Below are positions 35,601 through 48,659 of a DNA stretch of 64,000 nt, in pieces. The stretch's first letter is position 1; every line of letters begins with the position of its first letter. The DNA lies in contig OZ024741.1 of assembly GCA_964016885.1 (NCBI GenBank), positions 235,600,001 through 235,664,000 on the forward strand, given 5' to 3'. Both the position numbers and the translations under genes were made by a program. The notes beneath the pieces are model-generated. The model ran no database searches. It saw nothing but the letters and a program-made list of their open reading frames with translations, and was not told the DNA's origin. The DNA comes from Eledone cirrhosa (lineage: Eukaryota).

Positions 35601-38600
35601 GTCCACCTGACAGTGAGGTGTTGTCATACACCAGTCCACCTGACATGGAGGTGTTGTCATTCACCAGTCCACCTGACATGGAAGTGTTGTCATACACCAG
35701 TCCACATGACATGGAGGCGTTGTCATACACCAGTCCAGCTGACATGGAGGTGTTGTCATACACCAATCCACCTGACATGGAGGGGGTGTCATACACCAGT
35801 CCACATGACATGGAGGTGTTGTCATACACCAGTCCACATGTCATGGAGGTGTTGTCATACACCAGTCCCCCTGACATGGAGGTGGTGTCATACTACTGTC
35901 CCCCTGACATGGAAGTGTTGTCATACACCAGTCCACCTGACATGGAGGTGTTGTCATACACCAGTCCAGCTGTCATGGAGGTGTTGTCATACACCATTGC
36001 ACATGACATGGAGGTGGTGTCATACACCAGTCCACCTGACACGTAGGTCGTGTCATACACCAGTCCATCAGACATGGAGGTGGTGTCATACACCAGTCCC
36101 TCTGACATGGAGGTGTTGTCATACACTAGTCCCCCTGACATGAAGGTGGTGTCATACACCAGTCCACCTGACATGGAGGTGGTGTCATACACCAGTCCAC
36201 CTGACATGGAGGTGTTGTCTTACACCAGTTCTCATGATATGGAGGGGGTGTCATACACCAGTCCAACTGACATGGAGGTGTTGTCATACACCAGTCCACC
36301 TGACATGGAGGTGTTGTCATACACCAGTCCACCTAACATGGAGCTGGCGTCATACACCAGTCCACCTGACATGCAGGTGGTGTCATACATCAGTCCACCT
36401 GACATGGAGGTGGTGTCATACACCAGTCTACCTGACATGGAGGTGTTGTCATACACCAGTCCACATGTCATGGAGGTGTTGTCTTACACCAGTCCACCTG
36501 ACATGGAGGTGTTGTCATACACCAGTCCAGCTGACATGGAGGTAGTGTCATACACCGGTCCAGCTGACATGGAGGTGTTGTCATACACCAGTCTCCCTGA
36601 CATGGAGGTGTTGTCATACACCAGTCTCCCTGACATGGAGGTGTTGTCATTCACCAGTCCAGCTGACATGGAGGTGTTGTCATACACCAGTCCACATGAC
36701 TTGGAGGTGTTGTCATACACCAGTCCACATGACATGGAGGTGTTGTCATACACCAGTCCACATGTCATGCAGGTGTTGTCTTACACCAGTCCAGCTGACA
36801 TGGAGGTGTTGTCATACACCAGTCTCCCTGAAATGGAGGTGTTGTCATACACCAGTCTCCCTGACATGGAGGTGTTGTCATACACCAGTCCACCTGACAT
36901 GGAGGTGTTGTCATACACCAGTCTCCCTGACATTGAGGTGTTGTCATACACCAGTCCACATGACATGGAGGTGTTGTCATACACCAGTCCAACTGACATG
37001 GAGGTGTTGTCATACACCAGTCTCCCTGACATTGAGGTGTTGTCATACACCAGTCCACATGACATGGAGGTGTTGTCATACACCAGTCCACATGTCATGG
37101 AGGTGTTGTCATACACCAGTCCACATGACATGGAGGTGTTGTCATACACCAGTCCACATGTCATGGAGGTGTTGTCATACACCAGTCCACCTGACATGGA
37201 GGTGTTGTCATACACCAGTCTCCCTGACATTGAGGTGTTGTCATACACCAGTCCACATGACATGGAGGTGTTGTCATACACCAGTCCACATGTCATGGAG
37301 CTGTTGTCATACACCAGTCTCCCTGACATTGAGGTGTTGTCATACACCAGTCCACATGACATGGAGGTGTTGTCTTACACCAGTCCCCCTGACATGGAGG
37401 TGTTGTCATACACCAGTCTCCCTGACATGGAGGTGTTGTCATACACCAGTCCCCATGACATGGAGGGGGTGTCATACACCAGTCCACATGACATGGAAGT
37501 GTTGTCATACACCAGTCCCCCTTACATGGAGGTGGTGTCATACACCAGTCCACCTGACATGGAGGTGGTGTCATACACCAGTCCCCCTGACATGGAGGTG
37601 GTATCATACACCAGTCCACCTGACATGGAGGTGGTGTCATACACCAGTCCACCTGACATGGAGAGGGGTGTCATACACCAGTCCACATGTCATGGAGGTG
37701 TTGTCATACACCAGTCCCCCTGACATGGAGGTGTTGTCATACACCAGTCCCCCTGACATGGAGGTGTTGTCTTACACCAGTCAACCCTGAAATGGAGGTG
37801 GTGTCATACACCAGTCCACCTCAAATGGAGAGGGGTGTCATACACCAGTCCCCCTGACATGGAAGTGGTGTCATACACCAGTCCCCTTGATATGGAGGTG
37901 TTGTCTTACACCAGTCCAGCTGACATGGAGCTGTTGTAATACACCAGTCCACCTGACATGGAGGTGTTGTCATACACCAGTCCAGCTGTCATGGAGGTGT
38001 TGTCATACACCATTGCACATGACATGGAGGTGGTGTCATACACCAGTCCACCTGACATGGAGAGGGGTGTCATACACCAGTCCCCTTGATATGGGGGTGT
38101 TGTCTTACACCAGTCCAGCTGACATGGAGCTGTTGTAATACACCAGTCCACCTGACATGGAGATGGTGTCATACACCAGTCCACCTGACATGGAGGTGTT
38201 ATCTTACACCAGTTCTCATGATATGGAGGGGGTGTCATACACCAGTCCAACTGACATGGAGGTGTTGTCATACACCAGTCCACCTGACATGGAGGTGTTG
38301 TCATACACCAGTCCACCTAACATGGAGGTGGTGTCATACACCAGTCCACCTGACATGGAGGTGGTGTCATACATCAGTCTCCCTGACATGGAGGTGTTGT
38401 CATACACCAGTCCAGCTGACATGGAGGTGTTGTCATACACCAGTCCACATGACTTGGAGGTGTTGTCAAACACCAGTCCACATGACATGGAGGTGGTGTC
38501 ATACATCAGTCTCCCTGACATGGAGGTGTTGTCATACAACAGTCCACCTGACATGGAGGTGTTGTCATACACCAGTCCACATGTCATGCAGGTGTTGTCT

Positions 38601-41600
38601 TACACCAGTCCAGCTGACATGGAGGTGTTGTCATACACCAGTCCACCTGATATGGAGGTGGTGTCATACACCACTCTCCCTGACATGGAGGTGTTGTCAT
38701 ACACCAGTCCCCATTGACATGGAGGTGTTGTCATACACTAGTCCCCCTGACATGGAGGTGGTATCATACACCAGTCCCCCTGATATGGAGGTGTTGTCAT
38801 ACACCAGTCCACATGTCATGGAGGTGTTGTCTTACACCAGTCCACCTGACATGGAGGTGTTGTCATTCACCAGTCCACCTGACATGGAGGTGGTGTCATA
38901 CACCAGTCCACATGACATGGAGGCGTTGTCATACACCAGTCCAGCTGACATGGAGGTGTTGTCTTACACCAATCCACCTGACATGGAGGTGGTGTCATAC
39001 ACCAGTCCACCTGACATGGAGGTGTTGTCATACACCAGTCCAGCTGTCATGGAGGTGTTGTCATACACCATTGCACATGACATGGAGGTGGTGTCATACA
39101 CCAGTCCACCTGACATGGAGGTCGTGTCATACACCAGTCTACCTGACATGGAGGTGGTGTCATACACCAGTCCCTCTGACATGGAGGTGTTGTCATACAC
39201 TAGTCCCCCTGACATGGAGGTGGTGTCATACACCAGTCCCTCTGACATGGAGGTGGTGTCATACACCAGTCTACCTGACATGGAGGTGGTGTCATACACC
39301 AGTACACCTGACATGGAGGTGTTGTCTTACACCAGTCCACCTAACATGGAGGTGTTGTCATACACCAGTCCACCTGACATGGAGGTGTTGTCATACACCA
39401 GTCCACCTAACATGGAGGTGGTGTCATACACCAGTCCACCGGACATGGAGGTGGTGTCATACACCAGTCCAGCTGACATGGAGGTGGTGTCATACACCGG
39501 TCCAGCTGACATGGAGGTGTTGTCATACACCAGTCTCCCTGACATGGAGGTGTTGTCATACACCAGTCTACCTGACATGGAGGTGTTGTCATACAACAGT
39601 CCAGCTGTCATGGAGGTGTTGTCATACACCAGTCCACCTGACATGGAGGTGTTGTCATACACCAGTCCCCCTGACATGGAGGTGTTGTCATACACCAGTC
39701 CAGCTGACATGGAGGTGTTGTCATACACCGGTCCACCTGACATGGAGGTGTTGTCATACACCAGTCCACCTGACATGGAGGTGTTGTCATACACCAGTCC
39801 ACCTGACATGGAGGTGTTGTCATACACCAGTCTCCCTGACATGGAGGTGTTGTCATACACCAGTCCACCTGACATGGAGGTGTTGTCATACACCAGTCCA
39901 CCTGACATGGAGGTGTTGTCATACACCAGTCCACCTGACATGGAGGTGTTGTCATACACCAGTCCACCTGACATGGAGGTGTTGTCATACACCAGTCTCC
40001 CTGACATGGAGGTGTTGTCATACACCAGTCTCCCTGACATGGAGGTGTTGTCATACACCAGTCTACCTGACATGGAGGTGTTGTCATACAACAGTCCAGC
40101 TGTCATGGAGGTGTTGTCATACACCAGTCCACCTGACATGGAGGTGTTGTCATACACCAGTCCCCCTGACATGGAGGTGTTGTCATACACCAGTCCAGCT
40201 GACATGGAGGTGTTGTCATACACCAGTCTCCCTGACATGGAGGTGTTGTCATACACCAGTCCACCTGACATGGAGGTGTTGTCATACACCAGTCCACCTG
40301 ACATGGAGGTGTTGTCATACACCAGTCTCCCTGACATGGAGGTGTTGTCATACACCAGTCCACCTGACATGGAGGTGTTGTCATACACCAGTCCACCTGA
40401 CATGGAGGTGTTGTCATACACCAGTCCACCTGACATGGAGGTGTTGTCATACACCAGTCCACCTGACATGGAGGTGTTGTCATACACCAGTCTCCCTGAC
40501 ATGGAGGTGTTGTCATACACCAGTCCACCTGACATGGAGGTGTTGTCATACACCAGTCCACATGTCATGGAGGTGTTGTCATACACCAGTCCACCTGACA
40601 TGGAGGTGTTGTCATACACCAGTCTCCCTGACATGGAGGTGTTGTCATACACCAGTCCACCTGACATGGAGCTGTTGTCATACACCAGTCCAGCTGACAT
40701 GGAGCTGTTGTCATACACCAGTCTCCCTGACATGGAGGTGTTGTCATACACCAGTCCACATGTCATGGAGGTGTTGTCATACACCAGTCCAGCTGACATG
40801 GAGCTGTTGTCATACACCAGTCTCCCTGACATGGAGGTGTTGTCATACACCAGTCCACGTGACATGGAGGTGTTGTCATACACCAGTCCACCTGACATGG
40901 AGCTGTTGTCATACACCAGTCCACCTGACATGGAGGTGGTGTCATACACCAGTCTCCCTGACATGGAGGTGGTATCATACACCAGTCCACCTGACATGGA
41001 GGCGGTGTCATACACCAGTCCACCTGACATGGAGGTGGTGTCATACACCAGTCCCCCTGACATGGAGGTGGTATCATACACCAGTCCACCTGACATGGAG
41101 GCGGTGTCATACACCAGTCCACCTGACATGGAGGTGGTGTCATACACCAGTCTCCCTGACATGGAGGTGGTATCATACACCAGTCCACCTGACATGGAGG
41201 TGGTGTCATACACCAGTCCACCTGACATGGAGAGGGGTGTCATACACCAGTCCACATGTCATGGAGGTGTTGTCATACACCAGTCCCCCTGACATGGAGG
41301 TGTTGTCATACACCAGTCTCCCTGACATGGAGGTGTTGTCTTACACCAGTCCACCCTGTCATGGAGGTGGTGTCATACACCAGTCCAGCTGACATGGAGG
41401 TGTTGTCATACACCAGTCCACATGACATGGAGGTGTTGTCTTACACCAGTCCAGCTGACATGGAGGTGTTGTCATACACCAGTCCACATGACATGGAGGT
41501 GTTGTCATACACCAGTCCCCCTGACATGGAGGTGGTATCATACACCAGTCCACCTGACATGGAGGTGTTGTCATACACCAGTCCCCCTGACATGGAGGTG

Positions 41601-42597
41601 TTGTCATACACCAGTCCCCCTGACATGGAGGTGGTGTCATACACCAGTCCACATGTCATGGAGGTGTAGTTATACACCAGTCCACCTGACATGGAGGTGG
41701 TGTCATACACCAGTCCACCTGACATGGAGGTGTTGTCTTACACCAGTCCACATGACATGGAGGTGTTGTCTTACACCAGTCCACCTGACATGGAGGTGTT
41801 GTCATACACCAGTCCACATGACATGGAGGTGTTGTCATACACCAGTCCACCTGACATGGAGGTGGTGTCATACACCAGTCCACCTGACATGGAGGTGTTG
41901 TCTTACACCAGTCCACATGACATGGAGGGGGTGTCACACACCAGTCCACATGACATGGAGGTGGTGTCATACACCAGTCCACATGACATGGAGGGGGTGT
42001 CACACACCAGTCCACATGACATGGAGGTGTTGTCATACACCAGTCCACATGTCATGGAGGTGTAGTTATACACCAGTCCACCTGACATGGAGGTGGTGTC
42101 ATACACCAGTCCACCTGACATGGAGGTGTTGTCTTACACCAGTCCACATGACATGGAGGGGGTGTCACACACCAGTCCACATGACATGGAGGTGGTGTCA
42201 TACACCAGTCCACCTGACATGGAGGTGTTGTCTTACACCAGTCCACCTGACATGGAGGTGGTGTCATACACCAGTCCACCTGACATGGAGGTGTTGTCTT
42301 ACACCAGTCCACCTGACATGGAGGTGGTGTCATACACCAGTCCACATGAAATGGAGGTGGTGTCATACACCAGTCCAGCAGTCATGGAGGTGGTGTCATC
42401 CACCAGTCCCCCTGGCATGGAGGTGTTGTCTTACACCAGTCCACCTGACATGGAGGTGTTGTCTTACACCAGTCCACCTGACATGGAGGTGGTGTCATAC
42501 ACCAGTCCCCCTTACATGGAGGTGGTGTCATACACCAGTCCACCTGACATGGAGGTGGTGTCATACACCAGTTCACATGACATGGAGGTGTAGTAAT
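32640..42597. repeat. 33-bp satellite (consensus GACATGGAGGTGTTGTCATACACCAGTCCACCT), about 300 units
   Basis: Continuous tandem array with occasional 34-bp units that shift frame. Block-level higher-order duplications. Confidence 0.97.
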
Positions 42598-42620
42598 ACA
42601 AAGACTAAGGACTAAAATAA

Positions 42621-42806
42621 CTGTTTCTACTTTAGGCACAAGGCCAGCAAATTACCCAGTACATTACTGGTACTTTATTTTATCGACCCCGTAAGGATGA
42701 AAGGCAAAGTCAACCTCGGCGGGATTTGAACTGAGATCGTAAAGTGACGTAACTATGCTGGAAAGCATGGCGTTCGACGCTCTACCGATACTGCCAATCC
42801 ACCGCC
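42621..42806 (-). mobile_element. tRNA-derived SINE family A, full length
   Basis: Minus strand starts GGCGGTGGATTGGCAGTATCGG. 16-bp TSD CTAAGGACTAAAATAA (42605-42620 and 42807-42822). Confidence 0.92.
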
Positions 42807-43073
42807 CTAAGGACTAAAATAATAATAAGAGAACCTCTCTGTAGTCACTCAGCCTGCTAGATATAATAGCCAATCTCCTAAGATTGCCCATTAAGTTCTT
42901 ATGTAAGTATGTATATGTGTATGTCTGTATGTATTTATGAATGTATGTGTGTATGCCTGTATGTATTAATGTATGTATGTATGGGTGTACATATGTACAT
43001 ATGTATATTTGTCTATATGTACATATATATGCATGGATTCATAAATGTACGTGTGTATGTAAGTACATAAGTA

Positions 43074-43384
43074 CTCTCAGGTCTTGAATAATCATCCTCC
43101 TCGCTTATTAATTATTATTAAATTTTGCTAATCTATCTCCAACAAAATTTTATTGTAAGTAATTCATATTGATACAGCAGCTGGAGAATCTAATAATTAT
43201 TTTATTTTACATTAAAAAAACATTTTATATGACGAAAAAAAGAATTACAAGAAATCCCATATTTACGAACATACACTATACAATTACCAATTTCCACCCC
43301 CATTCCTCGCTTATAAGAATTTAAGCAAATGTTCACCCCAACCCGCACTTATTCCAATCACCCCTATTATTTGTGACCCGAGAG
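43074..43384. mobile_element. Tc1/mariner-superfamily-like MITE
   Basis: TA|CTCTCAGGTCTTGAATAAT...ATTATTTGTGACCCGAGAG|TA: imperfect TIRs with TA flanks. Confidence 0.55.
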
Positions 43385-44179
43385 TACGTACATATGCATG
43401 TACACATATGTATGTATGAGCTAATAAGGGTGACATCTACATGATAGCTAGACATGTCAAAAATAGCAGCCAAATTTCCCTCAAATTACATCCGATTCTT
43501 TCAAATAAAGGACATATCAGATAATGTAGTTCATGAAATACATGATGGCTACATTTGATCATGGGTTTGTTGGATCAGAACTAACCTAGGGCTAAACAAC
43601 ATGACTAAAGTGAAGTATTGAGAGGTTGTGTGTCAGGTGGGTGTGAGAGTTTTGTATAGAACCACCACTAGTAAGTCCTCACTAAACTGACTACTAATGT
43701 TGATACTACTTATAGGTACATACTACACACACACACACACATGCTATCATCTAGTTACATACAGGTATACACAAACATGCTATCACCTAGTTACACACAT
43801 ACATGCTGTCACCTAGCTACACACATACTATAAACATAATAGACACACATACTATAAGCTTAACACATTATTGCATACACACACACACACTTTATAACCT
43901 AGCTAGACACCACACACACACCTAGAAGTCTATCTATTCTTCAATGCCTACCACATCACATCACAATGTATGTGTTATACATATATACATAAACACATTT
44001 ATGTGTGAATCTTTGCGAGTGTATATATATATATATATATAAAACAAAGGAAAAGTGGTAAGGAACCAGATGGACCATAACGCACCAAAGTACTCAATAC
44101 TTAAGGTAGTAGAGTGGTTAATAGAAACGAGTAGGACCCCGACGGCTGAGATCAAGCCGTTTCAAAGGCTAATTCTGGA

Positions 44180-44445
44180 TTGACATATCCGTTCCAATAG
44201 ACAAGAATGTATCTATAAAAAGATTTGAAAAATTGAGCAAGTATAAGGACCTGGAGATAGAAATTGGAAAAATGTGGAAATTGAGAACTAAAACAATACC
44301 AGTGGTTGTAGGCGCTCTAGGAATGATACCTAAGGGGTTTAATGATTACTTATTGCAAATCCCAGGAAACGCGCGTATAGGAGAAATACAAAAGATAGTA
44401 CTAATGGGAATTGCCCATATACTAAGGAAGATTCTGTCAATATAA
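44180..44445 (+). pseudogene. C-terminal restriction-like endonuclease fragment of an R4/Dong-type non-LTR retrotransposon
   Basis: IDISVPIDKNVSIKRFEKLSKYKDLEIEIGKMWKLRTKTIPVVVGALG...IQKIVLMG carries the typical D...EKxxKYxxL and PVVVGALG motifs. Confidence 0.75.
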
Positions 44446-45146
44446 GTACATCACAAGTCTAAACACCTAAAGATGCATGTGTGTGTGTGTATGTATGTTC
44501 TTTCTTGAACATGGCGGACCTTGTTGTCTCTTGAGGTCACTGGTTGTGACTTGGTGATAACTCGTATGAACATAAAGCAAGATAAGTGCAGCTAATCAGA
44601 GTCCAGAATTAGCCGTCGAAACGGCTTGAGCTCAGCCGTCGGGATCCTACTCGTTCCTATATATATATATATACATATATATATATACCACAAACCCGCC
44701 ATCTCAATTCTACTTTTGAAAAGCACAAGAACTGCGAAATCGGTAAAGGAAATAAATAAATATTCTTAAAAAGACTCCAGTTGTATTTTCGATTTCTTTT
44801 CCTTATATATATATTTTTTTTTTGCACAGAGGCATAGAAATTATCGGGCTGGATACCCGATCACGCAGTTAAACCACTGGGAGTGAAGGACCCCTAGCCC
44901 TTGTCAGGGCATTCTTCTAGAAGGCATCTTAGGAAACTGGTTTAACTCCGACATAAAACCTGTGGCTCAGTAGTTACCGATGATGTTGATCTTTTCTTCT
45001 TTTCGGGTTATAGCTACTGTCGCTCAGAGAGTGGGATTGGCTCAGTGCACAGTCTTTCCTCACTTTAAAAATATTCTTCACGCACAGGCATTGCACGATT
45101 GCATTAATTAATAATTATTAATAGTGTTATTATTATTGTTATTATT

Positions 45147-45330
45147 GGCGGTGGATTGGCAGTATCAGTAGAGGGTCGGACGCCATGCTTTCCAGCATAG
45201 TTACGCCCCTTTACGATCTGAGTTCAAATCCCGCCGAGGTTGATTTTGCCTTTCATCCTTACGGGGTCGATAAAACAAAGTACCAGCAATGCACTGGGTA
45301 ATTGCTAGCCTTGTGCCCAAAGTAGAAACA
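45147..45330 (+). mobile_element. tRNA-derived SINE family A, full length
   Basis: 18-bp TSD ATTATTATTGTTATTATT (45129-45146 and 45331-45348). Confidence 0.92.
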
Positions 45331-45354
45331 ATTATTATTGTTATTATTGTTATG

Positions 45355-48300
45355 ACCATGCTGTAAAATGGAGGGGTGGCACGAATAAAAGCACCCAGTC
45401 CATGCTGTAAAGTGACACTGGTGTTAGGAAGGGCATCCAACCAGTGTATTAATGCCAAAACAATTATGAGCACAACAACAAATATATATCGCAATAACTG
45501 CATAAACAGCAATAACACTAACCATGTTAAGGCTGCGCAGGGTAGTGGGGGGGGGGGCATGTGCGAGAACCCTCCGACTGTCTTCAAACAATCACACTAC
45601 AGGAAAAGGAACAAGAATATGAAGACATCGCATCTCAGAGTTGCAACACTTAATGTTGGCACTCTCACAGGTAGATCTGGTGAAATAGCAGAGATGCTGG
45701 AGAGAAGACATGTGGATGTGTGCTGCGTGCAAGAGGTGAGATGGAGAGGTGCCTCTGCGAGACTAATCACAGGCAAACATCTTAGTTATAAGCTTTTCTA
45801 GGTAGGTAAGGATGATGGGTTAGGTGGAGTAGGCATTTTCCTGGCTGAGAGATGGATTGATAAGACAATAGAGGTAGTTTGAGTTAATAATAGATTAGAT
45901 TAGTTGTAGGCAGGAGACTACTGACAGTCATCTCTGCCTATGCTCCCCAGGCAGGCCTAGGTAAAGAAGAGAAAGACTGCTTTTACGAGCAACTTTTACA
46001 AACAGCCGCAATGGCAGAGGACGGAGACATCGTTATGCTAGCAGGGGACTTCAATGGTCATTTTGGACAGCTCCAGGATGGTTACACTGGGGGTACATGG
46101 TGGGCACGGTTATGGCTCAAGAAATGAAGGAGTGAGATTTCTTGAATGTTGTGATGCAAGTGCACTAACTATTTGCAAGACTAATTTCCAGAAACCTGCC
46201 AACCACCTAATAACCTACAAATCAGGCGAGCACATAAGCCAGATTGACTTCTTACTAGTTAGGCAGCGGGACAGGCAGATGGTGTCAAATACCAAGGCAT
46301 ACCTTGGGGAAGAATGTACCCCACAGCATAGGTTATTCGCTAGTGATATCTCAGTAAGCAAGAGATGGAATGAGACATACAGGAAGGTGTGGAGAAGAAA
46401 GGTCTGGAAGCTAAAAGACCTTTCACTAAAATACAAATTTAAGAAAGCCCTTCAAGATGTGTATGACATAGATGATAACTGGAATTTCTTACGTGACAAC
46501 TTACTACAGGCTACTGATGAAACTTGTGGCTGTAGCAGAGCCCCAACCAGACAGAGAGTGACTTGGTGGTGGAACTGCACGGTAGATAGGGCCATTAGAG
46601 ACAAAAGTCTAGCATGGAAAGCTTTGAAAAAGGGTGGGAGTAGAGAAGGATATACAGCCGCTAAGAGGGAAGCTAGACGTCAGGTGTACTTAGCACGCAA
46701 GGAGGCTGTGATTAGGAGGTTTGCCAATGTTCTGCGATGGGAAGATCAGAGACGTGCAGTGTTCCACATTGCACGGCAGTGTGTTGATGCAAATCAGGAT
46801 GTTGTTGGAGATAAATGTGTCCGGAATGATGCCGGTGTACTTAGTGTCACGAATGATCAGAAAAAGGAGGTCTGGAAATGTCATTATGAGAGACTGATGA
46901 ATGTGGAGAACGAATGGGAAAGAGAGAAATTACTCTCAGTAGATCCGACAGAGGGACCAGCTATTGAGACTGATAAATATAGGGTCCAAGAGGAGATTAA
47001 GGAAATGAAAAATGGTAAGGCTGCTGGACCATCGGGGATAGTTACTGAGATGCTGAAGGCATCAGGGGACGTAGGCACTAAACTGGTTGCACGCATCATC
47101 AATATGGCGGTGTCATACCCAAAGACTGGTGCAGCAGTATTCTCATAAATTGCTACAAAGGTAAAGGGGATGCTCTGGAGAGGAGCAATTATAGGGGTAT
47201 AAAACTGATGGATCAGGCTATGAAAGTGACAGAAAGGATATTAGCGCAACTAATTAGAGAAAGGGTCAAACTAGATGAGATGCAGTTTGGTTTTGTGCCT
47301 GGGAAAAGTACAACAGATGCCCTCGTCTTGGTGAGACGATTATAAGAGAGGTTCTTAGAGAAGAATAAGCCACTATACTTAGCTTTTGTTGACCTAGAGA
47401 AGGCCTTTGATAGGGTACCCCGATCTGTCAGCTGGTAGTCCCTAAGGAAACTAGGTGTTGAGGAATGTCTTGTGAGGACAGTGCAAACTTTGTACAGAGG
47501 TGCTGTCAGTAGAGTCAGGGTAGGAATGGAGTTTAGTGAGGAATTCCAGATACAAGTAGGAGTACATCAAGGTTCGGTCCTCAGCCTGCTCTTGTTCATT
47601 ATAGTCCTCCAAGCCATAACAGAGGAGTTTAAGACTGGCTGTCCATGGGAACTTCTCTATGCTGACGATCTGGTTCTTATAGAAGAATCAGTAGAGGAGC
47701 TAGAGAATAAATTCTGGCTATGGAAACAGCAGTTGGAATCAAGAGGACTGAGAGTGAACCTAGCTAAGACAAAAGTGTTGATGAGTAGAAAAGAGGACAA
47801 AACTCTGATTCCATCAAGGAAATGGCCATGTTCGATATGCAGAAAAGGAACTGGCATAAATTCTATAAAATGCACACAATGCAGATCCTGGGTACACAAG
47901 ATATGTAGTGGGATAGCAGGCAAACTAACAGGTAGGGAGAAAAACTTGTGCAGTAGATGTACAGGGAAATTTGACAGTAGAAGTCGCATTGATAGACACA
48001 TTTTTCAAATGCAAGCGGGTGCTATAGAAGTGGTGGATAGCTTCTGGTACCTAGGAGATCAGATTAGCATGGGAGGGGGTGTTCCGAGGAAATAGTATCT
48101 AGAATAAGGACGGGTTGGAAGAAGTTTAGGGAGCTGCTTCCTCTGCCGACAAAGAAGGGTTTCTCCCTGTGTACGAAAGGCCAGTTATATGATGCCTGTG
48201 TGAGGAGTGCGATGCTGCATGGTAGTGAGACATGGGCAGCAACTGCAGAGGATACGCGACGGCTGGAGAGAAATGAGGCAAACATGCTCCGTTGGATGTG

Positions 48301-48653
48301 CAATGTCAATGTGCGTGAACGACCCAGCATGAATGTGTTGAAAGAGAAACTGTGTCTGAGAGGGATAGAATGTATGTACGGGAGAGGAGACTGCGATGGT
48401 AGGGATATACGATGCGCATGGAGGATGACCGATGGGTGAAGAAGTGCCAGGAAATGCCAGTTGAAGGAAGACATAGTAGAGGTAGACCACGAAAAACATG
48501 GGCGAAGGTGGTGAGAACAGACCTCAGATCGCTGAAGCTCATGGTGGAGATGACGAAGGACCGTGACAAGTCGAGAGATGCTGTGCTGAATAGGACGCAT
48601 TCCACCCTTGCAAGCAGGGAAAAACGGACGTAAAATGATGATGATGATGATGA
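45355..48653 (+). mobile_element. Near-full-length, inactivated RTE-clade LINE (APE endonuclease, RT, Cys-rich insert)
   Basis: APE motifs ATLNVGTL, CVQEVRW, GDFNGH, QIDFLL and QHR; RT motifs GKAAGPSG, QFGF, FVDLEKAFD, GVHQGSVLS and YADD; (GAT)n tail. Several stops and frameshifts. Confidence 0.93.
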
Positions 48654-48659
48654 TATATA

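Noticed and set aside
19963-42597. 33/34-bp arrays as CRISPR
   Set aside because: Units are directly adjacent with no unique spacers, there are no cas genes, and the context is eukaryotic.
32578-42639. ORFs up to 1068 aa (MEVLSYTSPPD, TWRCCHTPVHL) as a repetitive protein gene
   Set aside because: Four frames are open simply because of the unit sequence. Frameshifts, stops and many non-synonymous variants occur, with no unique domain or signal peptide.
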